A stretch of 64,000 nucleotides of DNA from Eledone cirrhosa. Lineage: Eukaryota. Positions 37,279 through 56,895 of the stretch are shown one piece after another. Positions within the stretch are counted from its first letter, which is position 1. Each line of letters opens with the position of its first letter. The DNA lies in NCBI GenBank assembly GCA_964016885.1, contig CAXHJY010001623.1, positions 1 to 64,000 of the forward strand. Reading direction: 5' to 3'. Below the pieces are notes generated by a model that did no database searches, had not been told where the DNA came from, and saw only the letters and a program-made list of their open reading frames with translations. The translations under genes were made by a program, and so were the position numbers.

Positions 37279-37324
<46 letters not shown>

Positions 37325-39035
37325 CACACACACACAGACACACATACACACTCACATATATATATATATATATGTGTATGTGAGTGTGCGCACATACACA
37401 TATATACACACACACATACAAACACACACAAACACATACATATGCATACGTGCACACACACACACATATATCACATAGATACGAAGATAAACATATAAAT
37501 AGAGAGACATACATATATATACACAACACATATACACATACATACATACACGCATATACATATACATACATATATACACATATATATATTCCTATATATA
37601 CAAGCATACACATACATACACATATATACACATACATACACATATACATACAACACATTCACATACACATACATATATAATACATATATATACACATATA
37701 TACATACATATGTATGTACAATCATATATACACACACAATCTTACATTCATATTTGCATGCTCATATATGTATTTTTATATTTAGATATAAATACCCAAA
37801 CCTATATAGACACCTACCTACATATATATTCATACATAGACGCTTACAAATACAGATGATAATAGTATGGGGGAAAGGGGGGGTTTGGAGAAGGGGATCA
37901 AAGTAAATATATGTTTCAAGAAACATATAATATTTTCCGTATCTTAATTCAATGTATGTTCTTACATATTTTCAGTGCTAGGAAATACGAAATCTATGCA
38001 TCTCAAAATAAATAAGTATACCATTAATCATATGTTAACTAAACCAAAGATAGTCAACATATTGATTTCTAAGGTGTAAATTAGTTAGGTTTATAATATT
38101 TGAAGCAGAATTTTGAAGTCAAACAGTAGTAGATTATTAATTACATTATAACTAAATTAAAGTTAATAACGTTATGGTATCAATATTAGGAGATGAATTT
38201 AGTAATAGGGAAAAGAAACCCAAATAAAAATAAAATAAAGTATTACATCGGTAGTAGCATATAAATTATATGTTAACTAAATTAAAAATTATATATTTAT
38301 TTCAATAGTATACGTTAATTAGTATATGTTAATTAGGTATACAATACATAAAGCAGATATTGTATTTCATCAATAGCATAATATAATTATATGCAAATAA
38401 AAATCAAAATTAATACGCATACATATACATATACATACACATACACATATACATACATATACACACATATATATATATATATACATATATATACATATAT
38501 ACATATATACACACATAAACATACATACAGATACACATACACAACACACACATATACATATACATATACATATACATATCTTTTTCAAAAAATTGCACAG
38601 AATATATTAACTAGGTATATATCCAAAACACATCCCATTCTATGATTACATGACATTCTGCAATTCGTCTGTATAAGGATACTAATTTTAAGCAAATTAA
38701 AATTAAAGTTTTAGGTTGATTAAAACTAAAACCAAATAATAAATATATTTCCAAAATGTATATTAATTAGGTCTATAATACTAAAAATTCTTTCTCCGTC
38801 ATTGGATACATGATATTATTTTGTTATATTTTATCTGTAAAAGAATTATAATAAAAGGTTTAAATAAATTAAAATTAATCTATAAATTAAATTACTAAGT
38901 ATATATTAGTAATATTTAAAGGTTTTTCACAATTTATGATTACATAATATTTTCTCATCTGTAATAAAATATTAATTAAATTAAATTTATAGGTTAACTA
39001 ACATTTAAATTAAATTAATTTCTAGAATAATGTTA

Positions 39036-41055
39036 TTAATTAGGTTTATAATATTTAAATGTTTTTTTTAGTTTATGATTACACGATATAATTAATTCCT
39101 GTCGTTTATTTAATAAGATATCCTTAGACTTCATTATTTCAAATAGTTCTTGGGAACATAATCTACATTCCTTTCTATTATTTTGATAAGGGGTGGCTCT
39201 TTTGAGCACACTCCAGGTCAAATCATATTTTATATTCTTATTTTTATAACTATTGATTTTTTCTGCTAGAGATGTTGTATTAGCCAGTGCGGCATTTTTA
39301 AAACTATGTTTGTGGGTATTAAACCTTGTCTTAAAATTGTTAGAGGTAGCTCCTATATATGAGCAAATAGAATCTTTAGTTTTAACATTACATTTATAGA
39401 CTATGTTGTTAACAAGACAATTCCCTTTTAATGGGCAGTTTGTTTTGTTTCTACAGTTACATCCTTTCGTTAATTCTGTATTTGAGGAGATATTATTGTT
39501 AATTTGATGTACTGGTGGTATACTTATGGTTTTCTTACATTTATATGCATTATATGCACTTATATTTTGTTTTATGTTATTTGTTGTAGAGTATGAGAAT
39601 TTAACTGTAGACCTATTTAAGATTTGATGGTATTTGTGGTTTGGCGGGAAGTTTTTCTCAAGGATATAAAAAATTTTTTTAGCAATATTATCCTTAACTT
39701 GTAAATTAAAAGGAGCATTATACCAAGTAACTCGTCTATTACGGTTTCTATGTTGTTTATTATTTTTATTATTTTTATAGGTTGTATCATGATTTTTACT
39801 AGGAGGATTAATGTTAATGATCTCACCACAACTATTTTTAGTTATATTTGTAGATTTAGGTGTTTTATCTTTTTTATTAGGAGTTTTATTATTAATATTT
39901 ATTATAGTTGTATGATGAGTAGTTTTTTTAGGGTTACTATACTTTATATTAGAAGATTTAGTATTTTGGGGTATATTGTGGGTGGCATTTAGGTGTGTAC
40001 TTTTCATTTGGTGTTTGTTGGTAATATTATGCTGTATGCTTTCAGTATTTTTAGTAGAAGGTATATACTCTAATCTATTTTTGTGGCCACTTCTATCTAG
40101 AGCTTCATTATAAAAGGTCGCATTTTTATCAAATACATCTTGGTTAGAAGAAAGGTTAGAAATTCTAAGTGATATATTATATGCAAGGTTTTTAAGGATA
40201 GATTTAGGGTGATTAGATTGTGAGTGTATGTAATGTAAGTTTTGGTTAGGTTTATGGTAAGGTTGGTATATACCCGTAGCTAAATCTAAAGTTATATCTA
40301 GGAAATTTACTACTTTACTTGTTTTATCAAAAGTAATATTAAGATTATAATAGTCTTTAAGGAAAGTTCTAATATGTTTTTTGTTTTTTTCGATTTCTGA
40401 AAGGCTAAGGTTGTTAGAAAGAAGAAGACAGTCATCACGATATAAACCACCTTTGAGGTGGGGAAAAGAGGCATTTATGTTGAAAAGGAGAAAGAGGCCC
40501 ACAAGATCAGTAATTTGGGCGGAATCACTTGAACCCATAGTAATATCAAAAAGATTACTGTATGTGTTTCTGGTCCAGTATTCATTCTGAAATTCAATAA
40601 GTGTTAGTCTAGCATGTGTAATAATGTTAATGTCATCCGAAGTTAAATTAGATCTATTTTTAGCAAATATTAATGCTTTGTTCAGGAGTATGGGTGATAT
40701 AGAAGAATAGTAATTATCTATATCAAATTGTAGGAAAGAAGCCGAAGATTTACACCTAATATTTTTAAACCAATTAATTACCTGGGAGGTGTTTTCCCAG
40801 AGTGGTAAAATAACGTATTTTCTTATTTGTGGGATGACTCTATCTAAAATTTTTTTGCTAATTATTCCAATATCTGATTTGGAGGGACATATAAGTCTAA
40901 TAGAAGGATTAGAGTTAAAGTTAGATTTGTGATCTTTCAGGTTGAAGTGTGGTCTTTTCAATGCCAAAGGTTCAGTTCTATCTTCAATATTTAGTTTTTT
41001 TACTATGTTGTGTGTTTTGTTGTTGATGTTGGTGAGTGACACATTATTAGATTTT
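39036..41055 (-). CDS. PLE reverse transcriptase + GIY-YIG endonuclease (N-terminus missing)
   Basis: KDHK.NF..NP..RLI, FDIDNYY, TMGS, YRDD, SNHP, CNCRNKTNCPLKGNCL, NIVY..YIG and CRLC..E motifs. The track start at 41063 (TTG) lies across the inversion junction. Confidence 0.9.
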
Positions 41056-42269
41056 CTAACCAAAACTTACATTACATACACTCACAATCTAATCACCCTA
41101 AATCTATCCTTAAAAACCTTGCATATAATATATCACTTAGAATTTCTAACCTTTCTTCTAACCAAGATGTATTTGATAAAAATGCGACCTTTTATAATGA
41201 AGCTCTAGATAGAAGTGGCCACAAAAATAGATTAGAGTATATACCTTCTACTAAAAATACTGAAAGCATACAGCATAATATTACCAACAAACACCAAATG
41301 AAAAGTACACACCTAAATGCCACCCACAATATACCCCAAAATACTAAATCTTCTAATATAAAGTATAGTAACCCTAAAAAAACTACTCATCATACAACTA
41401 TAATAAATATTAATAATAAAACTCCTAATAAAAAAGATAAAACACCTAAATCTACAAATATAACTAAAAATAGTTGTGGTGAGATCATTAACATTAATCC
41501 TCCTAGTAAAAATCATGATACAACCTATAAAAATAATAAAAATAATAAACAACATAGAAACCGTAATAGACGAGTTACTTGGTATAATGCTCCTTTTAAT
41601 TTACAAGTTAAGGATAATATTGCTAAAAAATTTTTTTATATCCTTGAGAAAAACTTCCCGCCAAACCACAAATACCATCAAATCTTAAATAGGTCTACAG
41701 TTAAATTCTCATACTCTACAACAAATAACATAAAACAAAATATAAGTGCATATAATGCATATAAATGTAAGAAAACCATAAGTATACCACCAGTACATCA
41801 AATTAACAATAATATCTCCTCAAATACAGAATTAACGAAAGGATGTAACTGTAGAAACAAAACAAACTGCCCATTAAAAGGGAATTGTCTTGTTAACAAC
41901 ATAGTCTATAAATGTAATGTTAAAACTAAAGATTCTATTTGCTCATATATAGGAGCTACCTCTAACAATTTTAAGACAAGGTTTAATACCCACAAACATA
42001 GTTTTAAAAATGCCGCACTGGCTAATACAACATCTCTAGCAGAAAAAATCAATAGTTATAAAAATAAGAATATAAAATATGATTTGACCTGGAGTGTGCT
42101 CAAAAGAGCCACCCCTTATCAAAATAATAGAAAGGAATGTAGATTATGTTCCCAAGAACTATTTGAAATAATGAAGTCTAAGGATATCTTATTAAATAAA
42201 CGACAGGAATTAATTATATCGTGTAATCATAAACTAAAAAAAACATTTAAATATTATAAACCTAATTAA
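41055..42269 (+). CDS. PLE thumb-linker-GIY-YIG fragment (first ATG at 41298, 323 aa)
   Basis: Same protein as the C-terminus of the minus-strand ORF except one I>F change. Confidence 0.8.
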   Translation, partial: SNQNLHYIHSQSNHPKSILKNLAYNISLRISNLSSNQDVFDKNATFYNEALDRSGHKNRLEYIPSTKNTESIQHNITNKHQMKSTHLNATHNIPQNTKSSNIKYSNPKKTTHHTTIININNKTPNKKDKTPKSTNITKNSCGEIININPPSKNHDTTYKNNKNNKQHRNRNRRVTWYNAPFNLQVKDNIAKKFFYILEKNFPPNHKYHQILNRSTVKFSYSTTNNIKQNISAYNAYKCKKTISIPPVHQINNNISSNTELTKGCNCRNKTNCPLKGNCLVNNIVYKCNVKTKDSICSYIGATSNNFKTRFNTHKHSFKNAALANTTSLAEKINSYKNKNIKYDLTWSVLKRATPYQNNRKECRLCSQELFEIMKSKDILLNKRQELIISCNHKLKKTFKYYKPN

Positions 42270-43980
42270 TAACATTATTCTAGAAATTAATTTAATTTAA
42301 ATGTTAGTTAACCTATAAATTTAATTTAATTAATATTTTATTACAGATGAGAAAATATTATGTAATCATAAATTGTGAAAAACCTTTAAATATTACTAAT
42401 ATATACTTAGTAATTTAATTTATAGATTAATTTTAATTTATTTAAACCTTTTATTATAATTCTTTTACAGATAAAATATAACAAAATAATATCATGTATC
42501 CAATGACGGAGAAAGAATTTTTAGTATTATAGACCTAATTAATATACATTTTGGAAATATATTTATTATTTGGTTTTAGTTTTAATCAACCTAAAACTTT
42601 AATTTTAATTTGCTTAAAATTAGTATCCTTATACAGACGAATTGCAGAATGTCATGTAATCATAGAATGGGATGTGTTTTGGATATATACCTAGTTAATA
42701 TATTCTGTGCAATTTTTTGAAAAAGATATGTATATGTATATGTATATGTATATGTGTGTGTTGTGTATGTGTATCTGTATGTATGTTTATGTGTGTATAT
42801 ATGTATATATGTATATATATGTATATATATATATATATGTGTGTATATGTATGTATATGTGTATGTGTATGTATATGTATATGTATGCGTATTAATTTTG
42901 ATTTTTATTTGCATATAATTATATTATGCTATTGATGAAATACAATATCTGCTTTATGTATTGTATACCTAATTAACATATACTAATTAACGTATACTAT
43001 TGAAATAAATATATAATTTTTAATTTAGTTAACATATAATTTATATGCTACTACCGATGTAATACTTTATTTTATTTTTATTTGGGTTTCTTTTCCCTAT
43101 TACTAAATTCATCTCCTAATATTGATACCATAACGTTATTAACTTTAATTTAGTTATAATGTAATTAATAATCTACTACTGTTTGACTTCAAAATTCTGC
43201 TTCAAATATTATAAACCTAACTAATTTACACCTTAGAAATCAATATGTTGACTATCTTTGGTTTAGTTAACATATGATTAATGGTATACTTATTTATTTT
43301 GAGATGCATAGATTTCGTATTTCCTAGCACTGAAAATATGTAAGAACATACATTGAATTAAGATACGGAAAATATTATATGTTTCTTGAAACATATATTT
43401 ACTTTGATCCCCTTCTCCAAACCCCCCCTTTCCCCCATACTATTATCATCTGTATTTGTAAGCGTCTATGTATGAATATATATGTAGGTAGGTGTCTATA
43501 TAGGTTTGGGTATTTATATCTAAATATAAAAATACATATATGAGCATGCAAATATGAATGTAAGATTGTGTGTGTATATATGATTGTACATACATATGTA
43601 TGTATATATGTGTATATATATGTATTATATATGTATGTGTATGTGAATGTGTTGTATGTATATGTGTATGTATGTGTATATATGTGTATGTATGTGTATG
43701 CTTGTATATATAGGAATATATATATGTGTATATATGTATGTATATGTATATGCGTGTATGTATGTATGTGTATATGTGTTGTGTATATATATGTATGTCT
43801 CTCTATTTATATGTTTATCTTCGTATCTATGTGATATATGTGTGTGTGTGTGCACGTATGCATATGTATGTGTTTGTGTGTGTTTGTATGTGTGTGTGTA
43901 TATATGTGTATGTGCGCACACTCACATACACATATATATATATATATATGTGAGTGTGTATGTGTGTCTGTGTGTGTGTG

Positions 43981-44026
<46 letters not shown>

Positions 44027-44140
44027 GATATATATATATATATATATATAGGTGTCTATGTGTGAATATATGTCTTTATTCGTATGTGTGTATTTATGTA
44101 TGTATATATTTATGTGTATTATGTATGTGTATGTATGTAT

Positions 44141-44172
<32 letters not shown>

Positions 44173-44334
44173 GTATATATATATATGTATATTATTCTTT
44201 ATTATTATTGTAATATAACTTATGTGTATATGTGTATAAGTGAGGTTGTGTATGTATATATAATATGTGTATATATAAGAGTAATGAAATATATATATAT
44301 ATATATATGTGCATGTCTGTTTTTTATGTGTGTG

Positions 44335-44369
<35 letters not shown>

Positions 44370-44500
44370 GTATACGTGTGTGTATATAGATATATATATA
44401 TATATACATGTGGGTGTTTGTATGTGTATTTATGGTGGTATGAGTGTGTGGATATATATGTTTATATATATGTATGTATATATATATATATATGAGTCTA

Positions 44501-44547
<47 letters not shown>

Positions 44548-44881
44548 GTATGTGTATATGTATGTGTGTGTATGTATATATATATATGTGTATGTATGTG
44601 TGTATATATATATATCTCTATTAATGCGTGTGTGTATGTATATACATATGCGTTTTTTTATTATTATTTTCATTTGTATGTCTGAGTTTGGTGAGGTGGT
44701 ATTGTTTTTTATGTATATACACATATATGGAAGCGTATGTATTTACTTATATGAGTATAAGTAGGTGCATATGTATGTATGATTATATATCTAATTCTAT
44801 GTATGAAGGTACATCTATATATATATATATATATACGTGTGTATGTAAGTTGTGTGTGTATGTATCTTTATGTCTATGTGA

Positions 44882-44933
<52 letters not shown>

Positions 44934-45022
44934 CGATGTGCGTATATGTATGTACATGTATGTACATGTATGTGTGTATGTATGTGTATGTATATTTAGA
45001 TGTATGTGTATGTATATGTATA

Positions 45023-45079
<57 letters not shown>

Positions 45080-46108
45080 ATATATATATATATGGATATA
45101 TATCTTTATTATCTATTTTTTATATATATGTGTATGTGTGTATGTGTTGCGCGTGTGTGTGTGTATATATATATCTTTTTATATGTGTATGTGTATGTTC
45201 GTGTAAGTGTATGTGTGTGTATGACTGTATATGTATGTGTGTATGTGTGTATGCGTAAATATCTCTATGTGCGCGTACATGTATGTATGTGTATATATAT
45301 CTGTATGTGTATGTACATTATATTATATTTATTATATTTTATTGTTTTTATTTTTTTATTTTTCTTAATTTATAGATACATTTATATTAGGCAGTCTGCT
45401 CAGACAATTGAATACAGACCCCTCCCCCCCCCTCCCACCTAATTTCTGTATCTTGATCTTGAAATGTGTGTGCCAGTGTTTTATGTGAGTGACTTAATTT
45501 CTATGTGCTTATGATTTTATATCCACATATATAAATGTGAGTGGGGGAGTGTGTGTGTTTGTATGTTCGTGGTTATGTGTATATTTATGCATATACGCGC
45601 ATGTATGTGTGATTATACTGATATGTGTGAGTATGAAAAAATATATTTATATGCTTGACTCCATAAGTATCAATGCGCATCTTATCAGCGCATTAAGCTT
45701 ACAGAGATATTAACCTTGAAATTTTGTGTTTGCATCCATCTTTTTAGTATGCGCATACAAATTATACACACATTATTGTAAAATATGTGTAAGGATTTTA
45801 CATGTATATACACACACCGAACTGCTTTTAACCCTTTGTGTTTTCATTGGTCAATTTTGAACTGATATTTTGAATTGTTGTTATTATCAATAAATATACT
45901 TCATTATTTCTGAAGACGGCGTATATATGTGTTAGGTATGTATATTTAATCTTGATAATTTGTATAATTTTGTATAATTTTGTACATAGATCTGTTGAAT
46001 ATGCATACCAATTATAACACATATATACCCTAGAAACGATCGTTAAATAGTGAACTTTTTTTGTTTAATATAAGGAATTGTTTGTTCATTATTTGTTTAA
46101 TATTTTAT
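41056..46108 (+). mobile_element. Inverted, further-truncated copy of the same PLE (right arm)
   Basis: Reverse complement of 35215-40249. Visible differences are one A/T change (39674/41631) and microsatellite lengths. Confidence 0.95.
45900..46054 (+). ncRNA. Type I hammerhead ribozyme with long stem II (right arm)
   Basis: Stem I UUCAUUAUUU/AAAUAGUGAA (10 bp), CUGAAGA at 45910-45916, GAAA at 46033-46036, palindromic stem III ACGAUCGU, and GUU cleavage triplet ending at 46044. Confidence 0.75.
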
Positions 46109-46239
46109 CTTGACTCTGTATACCGTTTATCTTTCACCGAAAGTGGATTTTCATTACATCTCTTCTTTCCATGATATCCGGAATACATTGAGTTCTTCAT
46201 ACGGATTGGACACTACCGTAAACTCTTGGTAGATTTATC

Positions 46240-50574
<4,335 letters not shown>

Positions 50575-52221
50575 ACAAAGGTAAACCCCTCTACTTAGCT
50601 TTTGTTGACTTGGAGAAAGCCTTCGACAGAGTCCCCCGCTCCATTATCTGGTGGGCTCTTAGAAAACTAGGTGTTGATGAATGGCTTGTGAGAGCTATAC
50701 AAGCCATGTATAAAGAAACAGTCAGAAAGGTTAGAATTAACAACGAATATAGTGAAGAGTTTAGCGTAAAAGTTGGTGTCCATCAGGGCTCTGTTCTCAG
50801 CCCCCTACTATTTATTATTGCCCTTCAGGCTATAACAGAGGAGTTCAAGACCGGCTGCCCATGGGAACTCCTATACGCAGACGACCTAACACTCATAGCT
50901 GAATCAATGGCCGAGCTAGAGAAGAAATTCCAAACATAGAAGCACGGCCTAGAATCAAAAAGCCTTAAAATTAACCTGGCTAAGACTAAAGTTCTAGTTT
51001 GTAGGAAAGAAAATAAGGCGGCGGTCCCTTCCGGGAAATGGCCATGCTCAGTGTGTAGGAAAGGCGTAGGTATAAACTCCATTTTATGTCCCAAATGCAA
51101 AGTATGGGTGCATAAAAGATGTAGTGGGAACACAGGTAAGCTAACTAAGAACTTAGATTTTACATGTGGGCGGTGCTCTGGTGCAATAAGTAGCAGCAAG
51201 TGCCCACTAAATACTAACTCTTTCAATTGCGCAGAGGGCTCTATAGAAATAGTGGACAGCTTCCGTTACCTGGGTGACAAAATCAGCAGTGGGGGACGGT
51301 GCTCTGAAAGCACAGTAGCTAGAGTCAGAACTGGATGGAAAAAGTTCAGAGAGCTTATACCACTATTAGCCGCTAAAGGGTTATCCCTAAAAATGAAAGG
51401 CAGATTGTATGATGCTTGCATACGAACAGCAATGTTGCATGGCAGTGAGACCTGGGCATTGTGTGCAGAGGATATACGCAGACTAGAGAGGAACGAAGCT
51501 TGCATGCTCCGCTGGATCTGTAATAGTAATATACGTGAACGGCAAAGCATAAACGAACTAAGGAAAAAATTAGAAATAAGAGGGATCAGATGTTGTTTAC
51601 TTGAGAGAAGGCTTCGTTGGTACGGACACGTGATGCGCATGAAAGATGACAGCTGTATAACAAAGTGCAGGGCAATAAAGATAGACGGTAGCCATGGAGT
51701 AGGCAGACCTAGAAAATCCTGGGACGAGCTGATAAACTCCGACCTCACACACTTACACCTCTCCAAGACAATGTCACTGGACCGAGACCTTTGGCGGTAC
51801 TCAGTAATAGAGAAGACCCGCCTTACCTAAATACATAGTAAAACCTACTACAGCCAGTAGGCATCTCTAACAAAATACACCCCCGTCCCACCACCCACAC
51901 CCCATCCACACAACCCCCTTCTATGTAAAGTTATGTTGGTGCCACAACATCCAGGCCGAAACAAATGAGATCGTTTAGGTGTCACGACAAAAAAACACAC
52001 AGTCCACGCTGTAATGTGGCCGTGTAGGCAACACGGTAAAAACCTCCCAGACCCACACTGTAAATGTGGTTGGTGTTAGGAAGGGCATCCAACTGTAGAA
52101 AACCTGCCAGACAGTCCTATGCGAGCAAGACAATCACTCTTGCCCCAAGTGGGACTACCCCCGTCCAAACCCATGCAAGCGTGGAACACGGACGTTAAAC
52201 GTTGATGATGATGATGATGAT
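50575..52221 (+). mobile_element. 5'-truncated RTE-clade LINE with PHD finger inside the RT; (TGA)n tail
   Basis: [26 protein letters not shown] and RRLRWYGHV motifs. One nonsense TAG at 50937-50939; ORF ends at 51830. Confidence 0.92.
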
Positions 52222-54766
<2,545 letters not shown>

Positions 54767-55895
54767 TCCAAAGCACTGAATATAACTGGACTCCATAATT
54801 TCTTTCCATTCGGACATTTTTCACATTTTTTCCTTTATTTTATTTATGATTCCTTTTTCCCTGTTATCTTTTCTTCTATGTACTTTTCCTTACATTTTCC
54901 TGATACATGTATTCTTATTTATCCCTACTAGAATGACTCAGATACCAACTATATCATTATCTAATTATTACCTTCTATACTTTTAATTTCACCTCTCATT
55001 TTCATTAAGATGCCAATTTTTTTTTCTAGTATGGAGTCATAAAAAATTAATAGGCTATTCCCTGCATCATTTAATATCCAATTTTGAACCCAATTCCTAT
55101 TACGAATATACACAACAACCAGTTAGATATTATTCTTACTATATTCGACTAATATCTAAATTTCTAGATTTCTAATTTTTAATTTTTTAAATTAAAAACT
55201 TTTGAATTTTTAGAATTTTGAAGTTTTAAATTTAAAATGTTTGATCTGTAATTTCACTTCTTAATGATAATTAATATTACCCATAGCTTTAAATTATATT
55301 CTCCCTTTGCGGTTATTGGTCGGTATATTATCCCGCCATAAATGGGAGGTGGGGACACACACACCCAAACACAGAATTCTGCCGAACACCGAAGCTAGCA
55401 GTAAACAACAAATCTGTGGCTGAATTGAAATCTCTGTGACCGTATCATATTGCCAGCTAAGATGGTGGAGGACTGGTGTGAATCACCTATGGTAGTAGTA
55501 ATCTGGGTGGTGGTTAAGTGGTCAACTTCCAGCACCTCTGTATCTACGCTGAGCTGTCGGGAAGTTCTGAAGTTCACAAGGGAGCTGACAACCCCAGCAA
55601 AAACGATAATTTTTTTTAGTCCACTCCCTTGCACCCAGGACAGCCTCTGAAACGTAACATTTTACTCAATGTTGCATAGTTTGGAACTGGTAAAATCTTT
55701 ATATATATATATGTGTGTATATATATATATATATACACACATATATATATACTAGCTGAATTACCCGTGCCTTGCTGCATTTCACACATTTTTTTTGTAA
55801 GAAAATGATGATTGATTGATGAGTGATATAATTTATGGAGAAAAACTCTGCATTTCAATATTACTTAATGTAAAATGTAATGTATGAAACATTGG

Positions 55896-55990
55896 AAAAC
55901 ATCATTTTTTTGTAATATATCAAATCAAAACATCATTTTTTGTAATATATCAAATCAAAACATCATTTTTTGTAATATATCAAATCAAAG
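55896..55990. repeat. 30-bp tandem repeat x3
   Basis: aaaacatcattttttgtaatatatcaaatc repeated. Confidence 0.9.
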
Positions 55991-56559
55991 TTTAATTATT
56001 TATTTTATAGCATAATAAATACATGAAAATATATTTCATACTTTGTCCTAATGAAGAACTTCAGGGTAAACAACGTAAAAAGGGGGGGGGCTTTTTTTGT
56101 TGATTTATGTTTAATTAATAGAAAAACCCCGTGATAAAAGAGGTTCAAATACTCAAGTTATGGGCTTCCAATATTTTCACAATAGGGGGTTTAACCCCCG
56201 TTAGGGTATCTTAATGTTATTGAAATTTGCTGAAATTTTGTGAATAGACATCATATCTTGTCCTTTACCTATGGTTTAAATTTCATATAAATCGAAGGAA
56301 AAGATTTTCAGCAGGGGTTTGTGCCCCGGGGGAAATCTTTGATTAAAATGAAATATACTTATCCATATCTATATATATGTGTGTGGGTATGTGTGTGTGT
56401 GTGTGTGTGTGTGCGTGTGTGTGTGCGTGTATATATATATGTGTATATATATTTATTTTATAAGATGTGGTCAATCGTCGACATCGAAAATGAATAAAAC
56501 AATTTAGATTGAGTAGAAAGAATGTATTGTAAAATAATGTCAACGTGTGTGAACGACCC

Positions 56560-56895
56560 AGCATGAATGTATTGAGAGAGAAACTGTGTCTGAGAGGGAT
56601 AGAATGTAGTGTACGGGAGAGAGACTGATGTGGTATGGAGATGTGATGTGCATTGAGGATGACCGATGGGTGAAGAAGTGCCAGGAAATGCCAGTTGAAG
56701 GAAGACGTGGTAGAGGTAGACCACGAAAAACATGGGCGGAGGTGGTGAGAACAGACCTCAGATAGCTGAAGCTCACTGTAGAGATGACGAAGGACCGTGA
56801 CAAGTGGAGAGATGCTGTGCTGAATAAGACCCGTCCCACCCTTGCAAGCAGGGAAGAGCGGACGTAAAATGATGATAATAATAATAATGATAATA
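56560..56895 (+). mobile_element. RTE LINE 3' fragment (different subfamily)
   Basis: RRLMWYGDVM..WVKKC..GRRGRGRPRKTW, followed by a tail matching the SINE tails. Confidence 0.8.

Larger units (their letters stand above)
35215..41055 (-). mobile_element. Penelope-like element (Naiad-type), 5'-truncated; left arm plus spacer of a giant inverted repeat
   Basis: RT + GIY-YIG ORF, then a 3.8-kb 3' region and a terminal hammerhead. Confidence 0.9.

Noticed and set aside
39036-42700. Selenocysteine recoding/SECIS, reported for some Naiad PLEs
   Set aside because: No in-frame TGA in the visible ORF, which ends in TAA, and no convincing SECIS helix downstream. The missing N-terminus cannot be assessed.
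35215-46108. DNA transposon or Polinton with long terminal inverted repeats
   Set aside because: The arms themselves are PLE coding and 3' sequence, and the spacer is contiguous RT, with no transposase or integrase.
55896-55990. 30-bp repeats as a CRISPR array
   Set aside because: No spacers and a eukaryotic context; this is a plain minisatellite.
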